From the NCBI GenBank assembly GCA_963712115.1, contig CAVQGX010000030.1, positions 160,001-224,000 on the forward strand: a stretch of 64,000 nt of DNA. The letters are read 5' to 3'. The notes below the pieces were generated by a model. That model had not been told where the DNA came from, ran no database searches, and saw only the letters and a program-made list of their open reading frames with translations. Position numbers and translations under genes: made by a program. Within the stretch, counting starts at the first letter, position 1; each line of letters opens with the position of its first letter. Positions 61,487 through 64,000 of this stretch are shown here, piece by piece. The stretch is from an uncultured delta proteobacterium. GTDB lineage: Bacteria > Desulfobacterota > Syntrophobacteria > BM002.

Positions 61487-62290
61487 ATGATTAGAGCAAT
61501 AGTAGCGGGGGCAGCGGGAAGGATGGGTGGCCGAATTATCCATACCATTGAAGCCACGGAGGGAATTACACTTGCCGCTGCTTTTGAGCGGGCAGATCAT
61601 CCTTGTGTAGGTTCTGATGTTGGCGAGGTAATCGGCCTGGGAGCGAAGGGATTGAAGATTGCTCCTGACCTGCAGTCGGTCCTGAACGCAGGGGATGTGT
61701 TAATAGATTTTACTCACCATGAGGCTTCGGTAGGACATCTTCGCCTGGCAGCGGCTGCCAGAAAACCTGTGGTAATCGGGACTACCGGATTTACTGGTGA
61801 TGAATTGGAAATCATAGGCAAGTTGGCCAGGGAAACACCTTGTGTTCAAGCACCCAATATGAGTATGGGTGTCAATTTGATGTTCAAAGTTGTGCAAGAT
61901 ATGGCCAAGGCCTTAGGTGATGGATTCGACGTGGAGATTATTGAGGCTCACCACCATCACAAAAAAGATGCCCCGAGCGGGACTGCGGTGAAGCTTGCCG
62001 AGAATCTTGCCGCTGCCCTAGGACGAAACCTTGAGGAGGTAGGGGTTTATAAAAGACATGGCATGATAGGCGAACGGCGACCAGAGGAGATTGGAATCCA
62101 GACCATTCGGGGAGGTGACATTGTCGGAGAGCACACTGTGCTTTTTGCAGGAGTCGGTGAGCGACTCGAGTTGACGCACAGAGCTCACAGTCGGGATAAT
62201 TTCGCTCGCGGTGCGGTAAAAGCCGCGAGGTGGATTGTGAATCAACCCCCCGGGATTTACGACATGCAGAATGTTCTGGGACTGAAATAA
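61487..62290 (+). CDS. dapB: 4-hydroxy-tetrahydrodipicolinate reductase
   Basis: GAAGRMG, IDFT, GTTG, EAHHHHKKDAPSGTA and RGGDIVGEH motifs. Confidence 0.98.
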   Translation: MIRAIVAGAAGRMGGRIIHTIEATEGITLAAAFERADHPCVGSDVGEVIGLGAKGLKIAPDLQSVLNAGDVLIDFTHHEASVGHLRLAAAARKPVVIGTTGFTGDELEIIGKLARETPCVQAPNMSMGVNLMFKVVQDMAKALGDGFDVEIIEAHHHHKKDAPSGTAVKLAENLAAALGRNLEEVGVYKRHGMIGERRPEEIGIQTIRGGDIVGEHTVLFAGVGERLELTHRAHSRDNFARGAVKAARWIVNQPPGIYDMQNVLGLK

Positions 62291-62472
62291 ACAGCAGGCA
62301 GCAGACAGCGAGCAGGTAGTTAATTAGAGAATTAAAGAACTAGAAGATTAGTATAAATAAGCAACGCGCTAACGATTTACCGTTCACCGTTTACCATTTA
62401 CGACTTGAACGATTTGAACGGCTTCAACGATTTGAACGACTTGACTAATCAACTAATTGACTAATCGACCAA

Positions 62473-62970
62473 ATGCAAAGACATCAGGCCTACATTGGAT
62501 TCGGCTCCAACCTGGGTAATCGTTTGAGCAACTGCAGGAATGCTATCGGAGCCTTGGCAGCACTGCCTTTTTGCACTCTGCTCAAAACCTCGTCATTCTA
62601 TGAAACTTCACCAGTTGGCTTGGTGGAACAGCCAGCCTTCATCAACGGGGTAGTTCTGCTGGAGACAGCTGAGGATGCCCATTGGCTCTTACGCCAAATG
62701 GTGGAAATCGAAAAAACCTTCGGCAGAATTCGTACTCTCAAATGGGGTCCCCGATCAATTGATCTGGACCTGCTCTTTTTTGACGATCAGATAATCAACA
62801 CACCCGAGCTATCTGTGCCCCACCCCTTACTCCATGAGCGGCGCTTTGTGCTTGAACCGCTTAATGAAGTCGCTCCCAATTTCCGCCATCCTTGTTTGGG
62901 GAAAAGCGTGGCTGATCTTCGGCATGAGCTGAATGACGGGGATCAGCGGGTGGAGGTACTCAAAATCTGA
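62473..62970 (+). CDS. folK: 6-hydroxymethyl-7,8-dihydropterin pyrophosphokinase
   Basis: GFGSNLG, WGPRSIDLDLL and PHP...ERRFVLEPL motifs. Confidence 0.97.
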   Translation: MQRHQAYIGFGSNLGNRLSNCRNAIGALAALPFCTLLKTSSFYETSPVGLVEQPAFINGVVLLETAEDAHWLLRQMVEIEKTFGRIRTLKWGPRSIDLDLLFFDDQIINTPELSVPHPLLHERRFVLEPLNEVAPNFRHPCLGKSVADLRHELNDGDQRVEVLKI

Positions 62971-63245
62971 TGATTCGCCTTGCTGTCTTTGTTTTTCTGG
63001 TGATTGTTGTTTACAAGCTGTTGAGTGGTTTGCTAAAAGGTTTTGGTGCTTCAGACAAACAAGAGGTCTCTGGTGATCGAATCGCAGCAGATTTGATCCA
63101 AGACCCCCAATGCGGTGCTTACATTCTTCCGGCGCAGGGAGTTAGCGCCAGAATGGGGGGCAAGACCTTCCATTTCTGCAGTGAAAGCTGCAAAGATAAA
63201 TACCTTCTGGGGCAATCAGAGAAGTCAAACGACAAGACTGGCTGA
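62970..63245 (+). CDS. small membrane-anchored YHS/TRASH domain protein
   Basis: N-terminal TM, DPQCGAYI and HFCSESC. Confidence 0.85.
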   Translation: MIRLAVFVFLVIVVYKLLSGLLKGFGASDKQEVSGDRIAADLIQDPQCGAYILPAQGVSARMGGKTFHFCSESCKDKYLLGQSEKSNDKTG

Positions 63246-63390
63246 GTTAGCATATCCCTAGCTCAAGTCTATCCATATCTTCAGACGATATAATATTGCG
63301 GAATTTAGGGACTATAAAGATGAGGAGCTGTTTTCGGATACTGGAGTATTGGAGTAACTGAAAATTCCAAATAAAAAAGCACCGTTACTG

Positions 63391-63467
63391 AGGTTTCAGT
63401 GTTCAGGTTTCAGGTTTTACCCTTTATTTTTCTTTTTGCTGAAACCTGACACCTGACACCCTGAGAT
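63391..63467 (+). repeat. dispersed composite repeat, family B (partial)
   Basis: GGTTTCAGTGTTCAGGTTTCAGG...CCTTTATTTTTCTTTTTGCTGAAACCTGACACCTGACACCCTGAGAT. Confidence 0.7.
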
Positions 63468-63618
63468 GGGGAACAAGAATTGCATCGGAATAGCATGCGG
63501 TTGCCCTGCAGCAAGGGAAGGCTTTGCGGGTTTGTCCGGTGCAATTCAAACAATAGTGTAGAGCTTCCCCTTCTTCGTTAGTTGGGGACAACCGAAACGC
63601 AGAAACAGGAGGCTGTGA

Positions 63619-64000
63619 ATGAAGTTTTTCATTGATACTGCCAACCTCGACGAGATTAGAGAGGCCAAAGAACTTGGCATGATTGACGGGGTAACTACCA
63701 ACCCCACGTTGGTGGCCAAGGAAGGGTGTAAGAATAGAGGAGATTTCAAGAAGCTCATTTACGAGATTTGTGAAGTTGTTCAGGGTCCCGTGAGCGCCGA
63801 GGTGGTAAGCACAGACGTGGATGGCATGGTGAAGGAAGCCAGGGAGCTTGCCGAAATTCATGAGCATGTGGTGGTCAAGATTCCGATGATTACTGATGGG
63901 CTTAAAGCGACACACCAATTGGCAGAGGCAGGTATCAAGATCAATGTCACCCTGGTTTTTTCTCCCCTGCAAGCCCTTTTGGCAGCCAAAGCTGGCGCAA
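63619..64000 (+). CDS. fsa: transaldolase / fructose-6-phosphate aldolase family protein (3' truncated by the window end)
   Basis: Translated by hand: [13 protein letters not shown]...GVTTNPTL...GPVSAEV...VVKIP...NVTLVFS; RBS AGGAGG. Confidence 0.93.
   Translation, partial: MKFFIDTANLDEIREAKELGMIDGVTTNPTLVAKEGCKNRGDFKKLIYEICEVVQGPVSAEVVSTDVDGMVKEARELAEIHEHVVVKIPMITDGLKATHQLAEAGIKINVTLVFSPLQALLAAKAGA

Overview
This is a core chromosomal segment of a deltaproteobacterial (Desulfobacterota-like) genome; the taxon is inferred from gene content and order. Housekeeping blocks: dnaG-rpoD-tRNA(CAT)-Zn ribbon-RNase H-rnpB-ispD-ispF-cysS, glnS, uvrB-uvrC-gltX, an EF-G paralog, and xerC-hslVU-argBDFGH-lysA-dapF-dapA-dapB-folK-fsa. 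A more variable middle part (about 16-45 kb) carries a class III nucleotide cyclase-TPR gene with a membrane partner, a stand-alone NusG paralog, a Liv-type ABC transporter with an acyl-CoA ligase, an Rrf2 regulator with an OsmC-like gene interrupted by an in-frame TGA, a CdaA-YbbR diadenylate cyclase fusion, tRNA-Arg, a TMTC-like protein, two PilZ proteins, an HDAC-family protein and AmmeMemoRadiSam protein B. No prophage, transposase or CRISPR array was seen. The main signals are: (1) a probable OsmC-family selenoprotein with a SECIS-like hairpin; (2) a 195-bp MITE family in four copies whose internal stems show compensatory changes, with one copy inserted in the stop codon of the diadenylate cyclase gene and a solo terminal repeat supplying that gene's ATG; (3) a candidate sigma54-driven, GGA-rich small RNA after the tRNA; (4) a cyclase with non-canonical base-specificity residues; (5) modular 7-9-mer repeat hairpins in most intergenic spacers. 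All coordinates were read by eye, and the repeat boundaries are approximate.
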